Source of the DNA: Lingula anatina
Taxonomy: Eukaryota > Animalia > Brachiopoda
NCBI GenBank assembly: GCA_051362555.1
Contig: CM120641.1
Span: forward strand, 25,860,401 to 25,924,400
DNA: 64,000 nt
Reading direction: 5' to 3'
The translations under genes were made by a program, and so were the position numbers. Every line of letters starts with the position of its first letter. Within the stretch, counting starts at the first letter, position 1. The notes below the pieces were generated by a model, which saw only the letters and a list, made by a program, of their open reading frames with translations, was not told where the DNA came from and did no database searches. Shown in pieces: positions 48,705-63,500 of the stretch.

Positions 48705-51700
48705 GAATATTGCACTGGTCCCTGTCCTGAAGACACCCTAAATGTAAAATCTCAGACATTTCTACCTTGTTGATTCATTTTATTCCCATAAAAAGTTTGG
48801 GTATATATCTGCACACTATAAGCTGGAACAACACTGTAGGGAATAAAAATTTCCATCCTTTGGTTTATGACTTATTTAAAGAAAATGGATATCGCAGTAA
48901 TAATCTTCATACAAAATATATATTCTTAAGGCCAGAAAAGTCCTTCATTCCTTATTTTAGTTTAAAAAAACCCCTTCTGCTCAAATACTCCAAGAGAGGG
49001 TAAAATGGTCAGACAAAAGTCTGCTGTGCATGTTTTGCTAGATTGCTCCCATAGTAAGGTACTGGTAATAAAATACAAGCTCTAAGTGGCAGGAAATCAA
49101 GTTGAACTTTCGAGCCAGGAAGTATACATCAGTCTGGAGTATCCCTGTGAAAATCTTTCACTATGAAAAATTAAGGAAAAAAGCCAAGTCAAGGTTGACA
49201 AATAAAAGTGAGTTGGGTGAGAGAGATTGTAACACCTTTTCAAAGCCTGAAGGCTAAGCTAAGACTTAGTAAGTTCTTTAAATGAAACAGGTCCCTTATA
49301 ACCAAAAGATGATATAAACTTTAAGATCAGTATTTTGTCTTCTTTCACACAATAAATATGGAAGACATGGCTAGCATTTTACACAAAATTAATTGTTAAA
49401 TTTGAGTGAACTACAACATATTTATCCTGAACTGAGATAGACCAAAAATATGATCTAACAGTTAAGACCGATTTTTGGTCTTAAGCTATTTTATGAAATC
49501 CATCTCTAGGCTGCTTTTTCTCTAAGCCAAGCTTGTTCATTTTTAAAACAATCATTTTTTAATAAATATATTATCATTATCAAGATAATCTTTAACATGG
49601 CATCCAAAGGGTTTCAAATCCATATCTTGCGTAGGAGTGTAACAAAAAAAAAAAAAAAAAAAAAATTTAATAACTAGGACCTTGTACAGTTCTTATGATC
49701 ACAAATTCATAAAATTGCAGTCAGCACAACAGATACATTAGTGGGACACAAATGCAGTGCTGTTAATTCAATTGTGCAACGTGCTTGTAATATACATATC
49801 TAAATTACATGAGTATGATCGACTTTCCTCTCAATTAGATACCTAAATGTCTGTTTAAGGGAGTCATGTCATCTCATTCGCATTATCAGTCAGAATAAAG
49901 CCAGGCTTCCAAATATAATTCCTGAATAAAACCAAGATTTTGTTATATATTACTTCTAATTGAATCACTCTTACAACCATCAATACAGGCCAGACCTTTT
50001 AAAATGATGACCAAATAAATGAATAAATAAACAAATAAGTACATAAATAAATAAATAAGTCATCTAGAGATACGATGTATTCATGAATTATTGCAATTAA
50101 TACAATTTTCCCATCAGCACTAGATGTCTTTAAAACACATTTAAAAATGAGGATATCTGTAGATGCCCCATTAACTGAATTTTCTCAGAAATCTTTTCAA
50201 GTTATTGAGTTATACTAATGATACAATGTCCAGGCAACTGTCAGTGGATTCGGCCACAGTCCCCATCACCAAACCAAACTCTTTTAATTACATTTTGATA
50301 AAAGTGCACACAACATGCTAGAAATGGCCTAGGGGAAAAAAAACAGCATTTCAAAAATCAATACAACCTCTCAGATAAACTCAATCTCTCTTCAAACATT
50401 GGCTGCACTGGATGTTTGGTTTGCATTTTGATCCTATCCAGATCTCCACGACCACTGCCACCACCCTAATATTGATTAACCATACATTTTCTCACCACAT
50501 GACACCAGACAGACACCTGTGAAAGAATGCTTTTTAGAGCAAGACAAAGAAGGGAAAAAAAAACGTAACTTCTTCCTCTAAGAGGAAGGGGAGCTGGCAG
50601 TCACTTAGGCTGCTATCTTTTGAGCCTCAATACAATCAGTTGGTTCATCTATGAAACGTATTCCCTCAGTATCTTTTTAATCACTTGAGCTTATCAGCGA
50701 GGGGAGTTCAATTAGCTAAAAAACAGAAAAAATTCAATAAGCACAGTCTTGGTAATGCCTTTTTTTTTTTCGTTTTTCCCTGTAAATAAATTGTTAGCCT
50801 CTTTAATCCCACCAAACAACCAGGAAGTCACAACCCTTGACGCCTGTTTACAATAACTTTATCTGTCATCATTTAAAGCCCCTGAGATCTTTTTTTAGGC
50901 ACTGGAACCTTTTGTTGCAGTTACTAAATCCAATCACAAATGATGTGAAGAACTATAAGCCTATATGGCACACAGTGGGAGAATTGACTTAATGCTCCTA
51001 CAGACTAAAAAAAAAAAAACATTAAAAAACAAAACAAAAAGAAATTGTCATTCACCTCATAAGAGCTACAATTTATTTAGATCTACATGTTATCAATCAA
51101 TGCGTGTAGATCAATACAAGCGATGTGTCATTCAAGCCACTTTTCTCAAGGAGTTGACTGCATTTTGTTAGAACCTTGCAGTCCTGTTGTTACTAGCATA
51201 TTTTCTATTTAGCTAAACAGCATATTTTCACCAAACCACTTGAAAGCACACAAGAAAGCATACTACTAAGTCAATGATTTTTAAAATTTTATTTCCATCT
51301 TCTTTTTACTTCCTAAGCTTTTGGTCAGACCTCTTTCACATAAGTCAAGAACACTGCCAGCTTGATGACATGATGTTCTTTCAAATATTGCCAACTGTAA
51401 TCTATCATTTTGGTCTATCAATATTTCCTCTTTACAGGTGTTAATCTATATACTGTTAATTATAAAGTGATGCTCCCTTCAAGCATACAAAAAGGTCAGA
51501 TTGACTTTATATATCTGGTACATGTGCTATTCCTCTTAATTTCATGAGCCTTAAAATTATCATTTTTTCAAATCATCAGGAAAACCTCAATCATGTTTCC
51601 AAATAAACTAAGATGGCAGCCTCCGTGAAATCTTTGTCAGGTGCAAAGGAAATTTCAACTTTTGAATTATGGCTCACAGGTCTGACCATTCTTCTTAAAA

Positions 51701-51792
51701 CTGTCTGTTAACAATTATCGATAACTCGCGTATAAGAAAGACTGTAGTAGAAGGGGGCACACAAAGCATCACTATTAATGAACTTTGGGACC

Positions 51793-51951
51793 CAGGCCCA
51801 TAGCCAGCAATTTCAAAGGGGTGGTTCTTTTTCTGCAAAAGTAAACCTTTTACCTTGAAGCCTTTGTGAACCTTTATCAAATTTTATCCAGAGCAGACCT
51901 TTTTCTTGACAAAAAGGGTGGTTCATTTGAACTCCCCTTGGTTATGGTCTA
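51793..51951. mobile_element. MITE family C copy (inverted)
   Basis: caggcccatagccagcaatttcaaagggg is the reverse complement of the family C right end. Confidence 0.75.
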
Positions 51952-51954
51952 CGG

Positions 51955-52124
51955 ACTTTTTTCAGATAAAAGTGTTAGTAAATTCATAATGAATTATCAA
52001 AGCCTTAATTTTCTTTTGAATTCTGCTGTCTAGTGGCATCTGGTTTTAAAATTATTAGTTTTGTAGATAAGAATCTTTTCTTGAAATTTTAAGGTCTGTG
52101 GCTAAATACCACAGAATATGGCCC
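51955..52124. mobile_element. Right-end fragment of the 58829-60212 element
   Basis: Aligns by eye to about 60045-60212 and ends aaataccacagaatatggccc. Confidence 0.7.
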
Positions 52125-53090
52125 TAAATACCAATTCAAGAGATCCTTTGCACTCACATACATGCACACACACTTTTTCAACCATATTTTGCATCTTAAG
52201 ATAATCGTTAAAAAAAATTAAGAAAAAAATTCAAAGTGTTAATTTTTAACACTTTATTTCTATCACATTAATTTTTTTAAATAACTAATTATTAATAAAA
52301 CAGGAAGTACAGGTAGAGCAAGTCAGAAGTGAATCTAAGTACACCTGACAAGTACCCATGTTATATTATAGCAATCCTGACATTCTTGAACCAACCCCAT
52401 CAATAGACACAATTTTATCACTTCTACATCCCCCAATAAGGTCCTTTTTCATTTCTATCACAGACTTCTCATGTTAAGTTGTCTTAATTACACCGGTAGT
52501 CAGATCCCATCACTAAAATATCTTCATTTTCTCTTACTATGACTCTTGAAACTTCCATAGTAAAAAAAAAAAAGAATATGTTTTGTATGTTCATTAAACC
52601 TACTAGTAGTTGAAAAAAGCTTTGCTTTTGGATAAAAAAAAAGAGTCAGTATATTTTTCTTTCTTGATAGAAAAACAACAATCTTCCAAAAGCTGTTGTA
52701 CAAGTAATTCCCCCTCCACAATCTATCAGAACTGAATATGTTTTTAAATTAACATGGTCTAGGTCATTTTCTTTCTTTGATTTCACATTCTCCCCTTTCA
52801 TCTTTTACTTCCATTCTTAATTCTAGATGGTTTCATACAAACTTACATTTGGCTGTTATCAAAAGCTTATTACTTATTTAATAATATGGGCACATTTGCT
52901 ATATGCCATTAGGTTATGCCATAATAAATACACAGGGGAATCCAGAGCGCCTTGCCTGAGGAGGAGGAGGAGGAGGAGGGGGGGGGGGGAATGGTTGAAA
53001 AAGTGGTTCATCAATCTTTCTGACCCTGTCAATTCTTGGTATCCTGACTCCACCCCTGAGGTGTCCTGATAAAAGAAACATAATAAAGAT

Positions 53091-53253
53091 GGGGCCGTAG
53101 CAATAGTCCGAAGGATCACTGGTCTGAAGGTTCGATAGTTCAAATTAATGCATGAATAAAGTGTATAGTGTACTAGCAATAAAGTCAAGTTCATCAAAGG
53201 CGAGTGCATATGATTTTTCGGACCAATGAACCTTTGGATTATCGAGATGCCCC
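53091..53253. mobile_element. MITE family D copy
   Basis: Same termini as 7492-7664; flanks aataaagat / cataaagat (8 of 9 match). Confidence 0.8.
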
Positions 53254-53770
53254 CATAAAGATGAAGCCAGAGTGACTCAACATTATACTACCTAGAACTA
53301 TAGTCGAGTACCTGTGCTATGATCTAGGAAGTAAGAAATAAAAGCCCATTTATCAAACATACAGTATCTTTACCATGCACTGACAGGCAGTGATAAAGAT
53401 GTAGTTTCCAATGCCACCACCACAATTATGATATTTCATGGACCTAACTAGAGAATTAGGTCCATGGATATTTCAAGCATGCATTAACTCTTAAATAACA
53501 TCAAAAGAAAAGTGACAAATTTAGGACATGCATGTTAACAACAGGTATATCAAGGTCACCTTTATCATATCAAAATTTATAAATATTTGGTGCCCTTTTT
53601 TATGATGACACGGATTGATGTGACATCGCTCTACTTGTACAATGAAACTTATTATTCTTATATAATATTACCGCTGTTTGATTGCCATTCTTGACTGTAA
53701 TCAAGGTAGTAATTTTCAGAGCATGATTTTACAAAGTAGGAATGTGTATCAATATAAAAAGCAATATCAT

Positions 53771-56700
53771 ACAAGGCAGCAAAGCTGTCAAATGTACAGA
53801 CAAAAAGCAGACAATAACAATGCACAAAACAGGCTACTGTCAATTCTGATGCAAAGGTACATTATGCTTAACTGCAAATTCAACATCAAATTTTAATTAT
53901 GCTCAACAGGTAATACCAATGTAAGTGAAATGTGTAACAAGCGTAAGGCTTCAGGCCCATGGGAGTTTAAGTTCACACTTTGAAAATGCCAGAATGAGAA
54001 AAATGAAAATTTCACATAAAACTGCTTAAATTCAATAATAAATGATAACCCATTTGAGCTGGCTTTCTAATTTGAACTGCATGCCAATCCTACAAATCAT
54101 ACTTGTAAGTTGAAAATAATAATAAGTAACATAGTTTTCTTTTCGTAATGTTTGTAGTAGCAGTGGAAAAAGATTTTTGTCAATTTTGATGTAACATTAC
54201 ATAATAAATTACAGAATAATTATCACTAATTTTTGATTATTGACTATAAATAGCATGGACATGTAGAAAATTTGATTACCATTTGGCTTCATGTCCATGG
54301 GAGCTTCGAGTCCCACAATGAATATGCCAACATGATAAAAATGAATATTTCACTAAAATGTTTAACTTTCAGAAAAAGAAGCCAATTAGACTGCTTTTCC
54401 AACTCAGGCTGCATTTTAGTCCTTTGTTTCTTTTTTGAAAGTTTGACAATCATAAGTAACATGGTTTTCCCATAATGGTCATCATGGCAGCAGCACCCAA
54501 AATTGTGTTTTCTTCTATTTTAATGCAATATTACATAATGCTTAACAGCATAATGACCATCAGTTTTTAATAATAAAAGATCCGTATCGTGGATTTTCAG
54601 AAAATGTGATTAGCATGGGTCTTCAAGCTCGTGGAGGTTCTAAGTCACACCTTGAAAATGCCAATATGTGAAAAATTAAATTTTCACAAAAAACTGATTA
54701 ACTGCCAAAAAAATTTACCAAATAGTCTGCATTGCCCACTGAAGCTTTATTTAAGTCCCATGTTTCTTCCTGTAAGTTTGAGAACAGTAAGTGACATGGT
54801 TTTCCTTAAATGGTCATCATGGGAGCAGTGTCCAAAATAGGGGTGTCTTCAAATTTTGATGCACTATTACATATTGTTTAACAGGATAATTACCATCAAT
54901 TTTTAATAATAAAATATTAGTATCATGGATATTCAGAAAATGTTCCTAGCAAAGGTCTTTAGGCCAAAGGAACTTCAAAGTCACACCTTGAAAATGCCAA
55001 AATGTAGACAAGACAGCACTGTCCTGAAATGTGTTTTTTTCCATTTTTAACAATTTTTTAACATATAACAAAATTAACAATTTACTGCCATTTATATATG
55101 ATCAACTAAGAAAATTGATAAGATGGGAAAAATTTCAATAGAACAGTGTTTAATGTCCAATTTCCTCCATTCTGAGTTTCTGAACATAGTGAATGAATGA
55201 ATCTGACAAACTGCAATGATATGAGTTTATTTCCATTTGTGAAACACTATTATACAATACATGATAACAAGTTTACCATCATTTTTACATAATCAACTAA
55301 CAATGTTGTAAAGATGCAGGAAATGTCAAACAAACACTTTTACGAATCTTATTAGTTAAATAATGAGACTGTTAACATGCCTAAGAATTGAATCTGAGGA
55401 AATGTGAAAAAACAGCATAACTTATAAAATAATGGCCCGATCATGCTGATTTTCGAACTTGACCTACGTTTTAGTAAGATTGATTACTCCTGTGAGTTTC
55501 ATGACAACAGGTCTATCGGTTTTCCTTGAAATGTGTTAACGATGTTGCATATATGCTGAAAAGTAAAAAAAAAGCATAACTTCTACAATAATGGCCCGAT
55601 CATGCTTATTTTCGAACTTGACCTGCGTTTTATGAATACTCATCAGCTCTGTAAATATAAAGCCAAAAAGTAAAACTGTCTTCCACTTATGGTGTAATCT
55701 CTGAAAGTGCACGGCAACAGTGACGGCGACATGATCGCCGACGGCGACGACAGGCGCAGGTGATGGCAATATGTACATACATATCTGTGTCTGTACATAA
55801 TAAAATATATGTATCATGGATTTTCAGAAAATGTGACTAGCATGGGTCTTCAAGCCTGTGGAGGTTCTAAGTCACACCTTGAAAATGCCAATATGTGAAA
55901 AATTAAATTTTCACAAAAAACTGATTAACTGCCAAAAAAATTTACCAAATAGTCTGCATTGCCCACTGAAGCTTTATTTAAGTCCCATGTTTCTTCCTGT
56001 AAGTTTGAGAACAGTAAGTGACATGGTTTTCCTTAAATGGTCATCATGGGAGCAGTGTCCAAAATAGGGGTTTCTTCAAATTTTGATGCACTATTACATA
56101 ATGTTTAACAGGATAATTACCATCAATTTTTAATAATAAAATATTAGTATCATGGATATTCAGAAAATGTTCCTAGCAAAGGTCTTCAGGCCAAAGGAAC
56201 TTCAAAGTCACACCTTGAAAATGCCAAAATGTAGACAAGACAGCACTGTCCTGAAATGTGTTTTTTTCCATTTTTAACAATTTTTTAACATATAACAAAA
56301 TTAACAATTTACTGCCATTTATATATGATCAACTAAGAAAATTGATGAGATGGGAAAAATATCAATAGAACAGTGTTTAATGTCCAATTTCCTCCATTCT
56401 GAGTTTCTGAACATAGTGAATGAATGAATCTGACAAACTGCAATGATATGAGTTTATTTCCATTTTTGAAACTCTATTATACAATACATGATAACAAGTT
56501 TACCATCATTTTTACATAATCAACTAACAATGTTGTAAAGATGCAGGAAATGTCAAACAAACACTTTTACGAATCTTATTAGTTAAATAATGAGACTGTT
56601 AACATGCCTAAGAATTGAATCTGAGGAAATGTTTAAAAACAGCATAACTTATAAAATAATGGCCCGATTATGCTGATTTTCGAACTTGACCTGCATTTTA

Positions 56701-57207
56701 GTAAGATTAATTACTCCTGTGAGTTTCATGACAACAGGTCTATCGGTTTTCCTTGAAATGTGTTAACAGTGTTGCACATATGCTGAAAAGTGAAAAAAAC
56801 AGCATAACTACTAAAATAGTGGCCCGATCATGCCGATTTTCGAACTTGATCTGCGTTTTAGTAAGATTAATTACTCCTGTGAGTTTCATGACAACAGGCC
56901 TATCGGTTTTCCTTGAAATGTGTTAACAGTGTTGCATATATGCTAAAAAGTGAAAACACAGCATAAATACTACAATAATTGCCCAAACATGCTGATTTTC
57001 GAACTTGACCTGCGTTTTATGAATATTCATCAGCTCTGTAAATATAAAGCCAAAAAGTAAAACTGTCTTCCACTTATCGTGTTAACGATGAAAGTGCACG
57101 GCGACGGCGACGGCGACATCGACAGGGACGGCGACAGGGACGGCGACGGCGACGACAGACGCAGGTGATGGCAATATGTACAGACACATCTGTGTCTGTA
57201 CATAATA
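53771..57207. mobile_element. Second HINE-like element with an internal 1.2-kb tandem duplication
   Basis: Left end acaaggcagcaaagctgtcaaatgtacagaca. Diverged about 336-bp units at 53950, 54288, 54622 and 54958, then about 160-bp units and a (GACGGC)n microsatellite. The terminal hairpin tatgtacagacac-atct-gtgtctgtacata is present twice (about 55770 and 57175). Confidence 0.7.
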
Positions 57208-58272
57208 ATTACCATAGAATAGATTGACTTATGAGTATGAAAAAACTCAACATTGACCACTGATGCCATCATAAAACATGCCATTGACTGATGACGTAAT
57301 TAATCCATATTTTTTGACAAATCAGGGTAAAGGAAGCATATCATCAATCAGAAAACAACATGGTGAATGAAAGCAATGCTGTGACTTTTAATGTTATCTC
57401 GAAAGACAACGACATCATTATATAATACAGTAAGACAATTAGTATACACTTTTCCTAAATATGTGGTTTTGCAAACCTCAGAAAAGTAATATCTACCACA
57501 GCTGTGCTTAAAAAAATATTTCAACCTCAGTTCATAATTATATATTCTAAATTTATTTCATATGAATCAGTATTTTGATCAAAAAATTCTAATGATACCA
57601 CATACATTTCTCCAGAACAGGATTCCTTGAAACCTTGAATCACTCTGACTAACAGCATCATGCTTACAATTTTTAAGGGGCTTTAATATCTCAGGTTCAG
57701 TGGGATCTCTGTGTAAAGGCCCTTATAACAGGGATATCCCTCTGTGTTGTAGGCTTTCAATCTCACATGAAGTACTTTGGTAAATCTCATTAAGATGCAT
57801 TGGAAGCAAGTTGACAGGTCAAATCTTTGCCACTTAACCAATCCAAATGGCATCATTTACAGTATTTTCAAAAAGCAGAACTAAAAGAATTTCATATTTC
57901 CCAAAAAATGATATTTGAACAGATATTTTCTGCTTTCTTTCTGTGCTATATAAAAGCCTTGGTTGTTGTACCAAACCTTATTTGAATAATTATATATGCT
58001 ACAGTAATGCCTCATTCATTATGACTAGACATTTGAAGAAGGTGTAATTATAAAGCCTTTTTTTTTGGGGGGGGGGGGGGGGGGCAGGTGATCAAGTGAT
58101 TAATTTGGTTTATCACTTGGCATGTAAGTTTAATTTGAGTTGTGTAAGATACTAGTTATAGTGATTCATATGCATTACAGGGAAACCTGCTGGTTACCAG
58201 TTAAATTAAAAACCAAAATATTTTTCATATGGTCCATGTACAAAAATCCTAACATTTGCCCTTTATATGGAG

Positions 58273-58440
58273 CAGGCCCGTAGTCAGGGGGGGTTCGGGG
58301 AGTTCGAAAGAACCCCCCTTTTGCTGGGAAAAGGTTCCCTCTGGGTAAAAATGTATCTAGGCACATGAAGGTTTCATGGTAAAAGGTCCACTTTTCAGAA
58401 AAAAAGAACCCCCCTTTTGAAATTGCTGGTTACGGGCCTG
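58273..58440. mobile_element. MITE family C, complete copy
   Basis: TIR caggcccgtagtcag ... ctggttacgggcctg; tggag lies directly on both flanks. Confidence 0.85.
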
Positions 58441-58828
58441 TGGAGATTCATGGATACTGCAACAGTCCAATGCTGAAAGAGGCAGAAGCCAAGATAAAGA
58501 TTCCAGGGTACTTTAAAGACAATCAACTTCACTCATTTCACTCAGCCTATTCTTTGGTATACCTCAAGGGCTCTACTAAGGTTCAAACCAATCCGAAGCC
58601 ATTATTTACATCTGTGAGACCTCTAATTGGTTCGATATATTCGCAGTCTCCCTTGCGGTGTTAAAATGAAGGGGCATGTCATATTTTGTGCCACGGGACT
58701 ACATGAGAGTAAAAGAAACTATGTAAGCTTCAAATCTGCCCTTAAAGTCATACATTATTTGAACATATGCAATAACCACATGTGAATACAATTCATTTAA
58801 CTACAAGCAAAGGCATGGATTTGGTCCG

Positions 58829-60212
58829 GGGCCATTCCGTGGTATTTTTTTGCTGTTATGGAAGGACATTTGACACTTCAAATGAAAATATTTTCAAAAG
58901 TAAAAAAGTTACAAGGTCCATTTTTTGTATGTTTATTCTTCTATATGTAAGTTATAATTAGGCAAAAAATTAGGTTTAAAAAAACTAAAGTTACGAAAAA
59001 ATTATAATAAATAGTTAGCATCTCGGAAGGACGTGAAATGGACATGGAATTTTAACTTTCAACTTCAACACTAAAATTCTGCTCTGTCTGTGTAGATATT
59101 TTTAAAATCAAATCAAAATATGAATATTTGATTATTTTACTTTCTCGGTGTATAAAAATTTTTTTGGAAAAAAAATAATAAATTTGAAAATTTTGCATAT
59201 AAAAAAATCAAGTAGGCGTCATGGAAGGACACGTCTCGGAAGGACGTTTTGTCCATGGCTAAATAAAATGTAAAATAAGGCTAATAATAATATTTTATGA
59301 ATACATACCAGCATAATTTTGATGAATAATATCAAATGTAAACATGTCTTTCCATGGTAATATATTTCATCTTCAAACAAGTTACTAATTTTGACTATAA
59401 TATAAGTTCTCATCTGCTCTGATCATCTTTAAATAACATTGGGACATTTTTTGAGAAATTCTTACCAAATCTATTAATTATAAATATAATCAATTGTGTA
59501 AATTATAATAACTTCAATATTATTCATTCAAATGAAATGTTTCTCAGTTTAAAATGCTTCTATATATAATAATTGTGAATTTTAAGTTCAAGATTATCTT
59601 GAAAGACATAAGGGTTTTGGGCTCATTGGTCACATGACCTGTTATGGTCCAATCAAAATGCCTCATACTTGCTTCCACTGTGCTAGGTGTCATGTTTAAT
59701 GCTTATATATTTGGATTTAATTTCTTACTGAAGTGGTTCTAAGCAAAAATAATTTCATATTTTGTTGGCCCCTTTCATGGTTGAGGAGAATATGAAGTTA
59801 TAAGTTTTTAACTTTTGTAGTTACTGAGAAAACTTAAAAAATAGGTACCAAAATCATCTCGGAAGGACAAATTGATATTGATTAATCCATTATTTTATAA
59901 TCAAATATTTTTTTAATCTAATGCACCTGACTAAATGTAAGAAATAGGTTATATTTAATGTATTTAGCCTTTATTGTTTAAAATGATCTCTATTATGAAA
60001 AATATATCAAAAATAAAAATGTCCTTCCGTGACACTATTTTATAAGTTTTCCAGATAAAAGTGTCAATAAAATCATAATTAATCATCAAAACCTAAAATT
60101 TCTTTTGGATTCTGGTGTCTTATGATGTCTGGTTTCAGAAATTATAAGTTTTATAAGTAGGATTCCTTTTTTAAATTTTGAGGTCTGCGGACCAAATACC
60201 ACGGAATGGCCC
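58829..60212. mobile_element. 1384-bp non-autonomous DNA transposon with 4-bp TSD (Sola-like)
   Basis: TCCG|GGGCCATTCCGTGGTATTT ... AAATACCACGGAATGGCCC|TCCG; perfect 19-bp TIR; internal repeated ggaaggac motifs; no ORF. Confidence 0.8.
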
Positions 60213-60272
60213 TCCGAGTTTCAAAGGGCACTGGAAACTTACCTCTCACACACACTGCCAGTAGAAAGGTAA

Positions 60273-60533
60273 GACTGGATTCCCATACCTAGATCGATCT
60301 AACAAGATCAATTCATCTCCAAGGGGTTTCTCACTAAATTGCTTTCAGCTTTAAGTGGCTTAGATGTCTGGCACACCTATTGAAGCTGCTATAAACGATA
60401 ATTAATTACCCCCTAGCAGCTTCAGTTGGATTGACAGACATCTAAGCTGCTTAAGTTGATTGCAATTTAGTGAGAATTCCGTCTGGAGATATATCAATCC
60501 ACAGTTAGTACGATAGGGTCTGGAAATGGTCCC
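60273..60533. mobile_element. MITE family A copy (inverted)
   Basis: gactggattcccata...tagtacgatagggtctggaaatggtccc; reverse homologue of 5310-5533. Confidence 0.7.
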
Positions 60534-63500
60534 TACAGTGTGGAGTTGGGGAGACCATCAGGAATAAGCGGCATCGCTTTTGAACTGTGGTTGGCCATAT
60601 TTAGTCGGTGAATCTGTAAGTACTCGGATCATCCATTGTGAATGGGGCCTAAGATTCATGTGTCTTCTTAAACTCCAGGTACATGAATAAGAAAACATCA
60701 ACCTGCATGATATTACCTTTATGATGAGAACTTGTCACCCATTTCATATGTTACCACATTTCAACCACACAGTCATAACACAATCATATTTCCTTTAAAA
60801 ATAGATGCCACTAGGGTACAAATCACTGACTCACGAAATACTTTTGTTGTAAGCACTGTCTTGCAAAAATATACAGCACACATATTAGGCATTGGTTTAC
60901 AGAGTAATGCTTCTGCAAAGTTAGACTTCCAGGACTAAATCATCTGCTCATGTAGCATAATGATAACTTAATGAAGCACAACTTGTGTTCCAAGAGTTCC
61001 TGCAACGGGAAACCAGAGCTCAGAGAATGCTTAAAATCTGACTAATTTTAACAGGAAAGTTAACAGAAAAGATTAATCACTTGCATCAAAATTAAAGAGA
61101 GATTTCAGATTGATTAACATCAGATGACTTGAATATATTCCATACAAGTAGCATTGAACTGTATCTCTTGCTTAAACCATTCAGATAAGATTACAAGGAA
61201 GTCTGATATAGTAACAGGGCTAGATATTTGCCATTGAAACTCACTCGGGCAGGATTCAATTTAAAATCTATACTAGAAAATACGTCTCATGTAACATAAG
61301 GCATGAATGGCAAGTACCGAGTTCCCCTTAGACAGTGAAAAGTTTCAAAATCTTTTTATTGGAATTTTTTCAATAATAACTTGCTTTCTTTATCTTATAT
61401 CCCAAGTATAGGTCTTAATTGGTCTATCCCCATTCATACTACTAGGTAGAAGTTTTTGACTAAATTTTTCTACTCTCATGGGTCATGGCTACAGTACATA
61501 CACCAAGATCCTATAATAAGCATCAAATACTTGACCAGTGTTAATCATAACATTGTGCAAAAAAATTTAATTTTTCTTTTTTTTCCTATTTTTTTTTAGC
61601 TTTGAGGTACACTGTTTCACTATTTTAAAACGCTCAGTCATATAAATTTATCCTTGTTAAAAAAAAAACAAAAAAAACACTTATTAGGATCCATTTTATC
61701 TCAATATCAATATCCCCAAGACAGGACACAAACACACACAAACATGCAGTCAATCCTATAGTTTAGCTAACAGCATTACTGTGATTTAAACTTGAGTGTT
61801 CCGCAAATATTCTGTCTCAATTGCTCACTCAAAGTAAAATACTGGAAGCCTTGATCAGTCGATGATGACAACGGTATATCAAATGAATAATTGAGCCAAG
61901 CAAAACATTACGAATTCTACTCCCTAGCAGCAGATATTAATAATTTCTATCAAGTAATCAAGGGATTAACTCAGCTCAAAGTGATACATTGTTTGGGTTT
62001 ATTATTTTCATCAACCTCATTACTGGATTTCCACAATATTGGTATTTTTTACCTGAAATGCCCCGATTGACAAATAGACTCATCAATTACATCAACACAC
62101 TCAGCCTATCAAAAATGATTTGCCTCACAGATTCTTCATTCTATCAATTGCTCGAATGAAACAAGTTGTACATAATGAAATTACTTGCTGGCAATGTACA
62201 TGCAGTTATGATCTAGCTGCTTTGTCATGCCTTATCACAAGGGCTGTAAATTACTAACTGGACTTATAAAGGCAGTTATTATGTATCTGATGAAATGCAA
62301 ATCACGGATATATGTTAAATGGTATCTCAGTCATACCCATAAACATTTGACAATTGAACTAAATATTAGATGAAAAGAGTGCATGTGAATTATCACGCTC
62401 TATGAATACGCAGTTTATAAATTATAGCACTCATAGTTAAGCCCCTAGAGTAGGCTTAATCAGCAAAACTCATTGGCCTGTAAGCAAATAAGTACTGTAG
62501 CTGCATTATTTTCCATGCAATATTCAGTTTAGCTATTAACAACGAATAACATGGAGATGGTTCACATATGTAAAAATCTTGAATTGCAGGAAATTCCTAC
62601 CCTCTACCAGGGTCGCAGTTATTATTGTGGACATTTTTGGCTGAATGACATCAGATCAAAATGACTATTCATCTAGAGACATATATCTGTGAATATCTGT
62701 TGAAAATCAATCTGTCGCCCTAGTAGAGGGTAGGAAATTCCCATGATTTTATATGAAGAAAACCGAAATACTGGCACAGAATGGATATAATAAATATTCA
62801 ATAAATTTATTCCAATACATTCATGTAAATATTTGACCAAAATGATTAGTCCAAACAATCTTTTTTTACAAAGAAAAACAATTTCCTCCAGTATGCCTTT
62901 GCAGCCATTAAAAACTTGGGCCAAAAGTAAAAACAAAATTTTCTGAAAAAAAGAAAAACCAGAGTGTCAACAGTTGTTACCCCTCAAACATCTGAGAAAT
63001 AATTGTCTTAACTTACGGCAAAGTAGAAATATTCAAACATGTGTAGCTCTATCTACCTGGGAAGATCTTGGGAAGATAAAGCTGTGGTGCACTGCATCTG
63101 TTAACAGTTCTCCCCTGACAGGTGCTGATTTCTTGCTTGCGGGCACGGCCAGGAAATAACAGCTCACCCGCCTGCTCTAACATTTACTACTCCCGTCCTG
63201 TGCAGGCTCCACTAGTTAACAAGCCAACTGCAGTACCGAAGGTTTAAATGAATAGGAGCTGGTTAGACATCCATATACTCTATCGGCTCTATGCTCGCCT
63301 TTTTTTCCTGTAAATACAACCAGGGGCTGCTTTGAAGTAGAGACTTGTGCTGAGCGTCAATATGCTGAAGAAATATGCTCTTGACTGTTGTCCCTTTTTT
63401 AAAGCAGCCAATTCTTTCTCTGAAACAACTCAACAAGAACCAAAAGTAATTGATGAAGGATATTTATCTATCCTGCAGAATCCCTTTTTTTTCTACATGA

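Noticed and set aside
54631-56067. Two identical 69-aa ORFs suggesting a duplicated gene
   Set aside because: They have GTG starts and lie inside the duplicated segment of the repeat element, with no coding signature.
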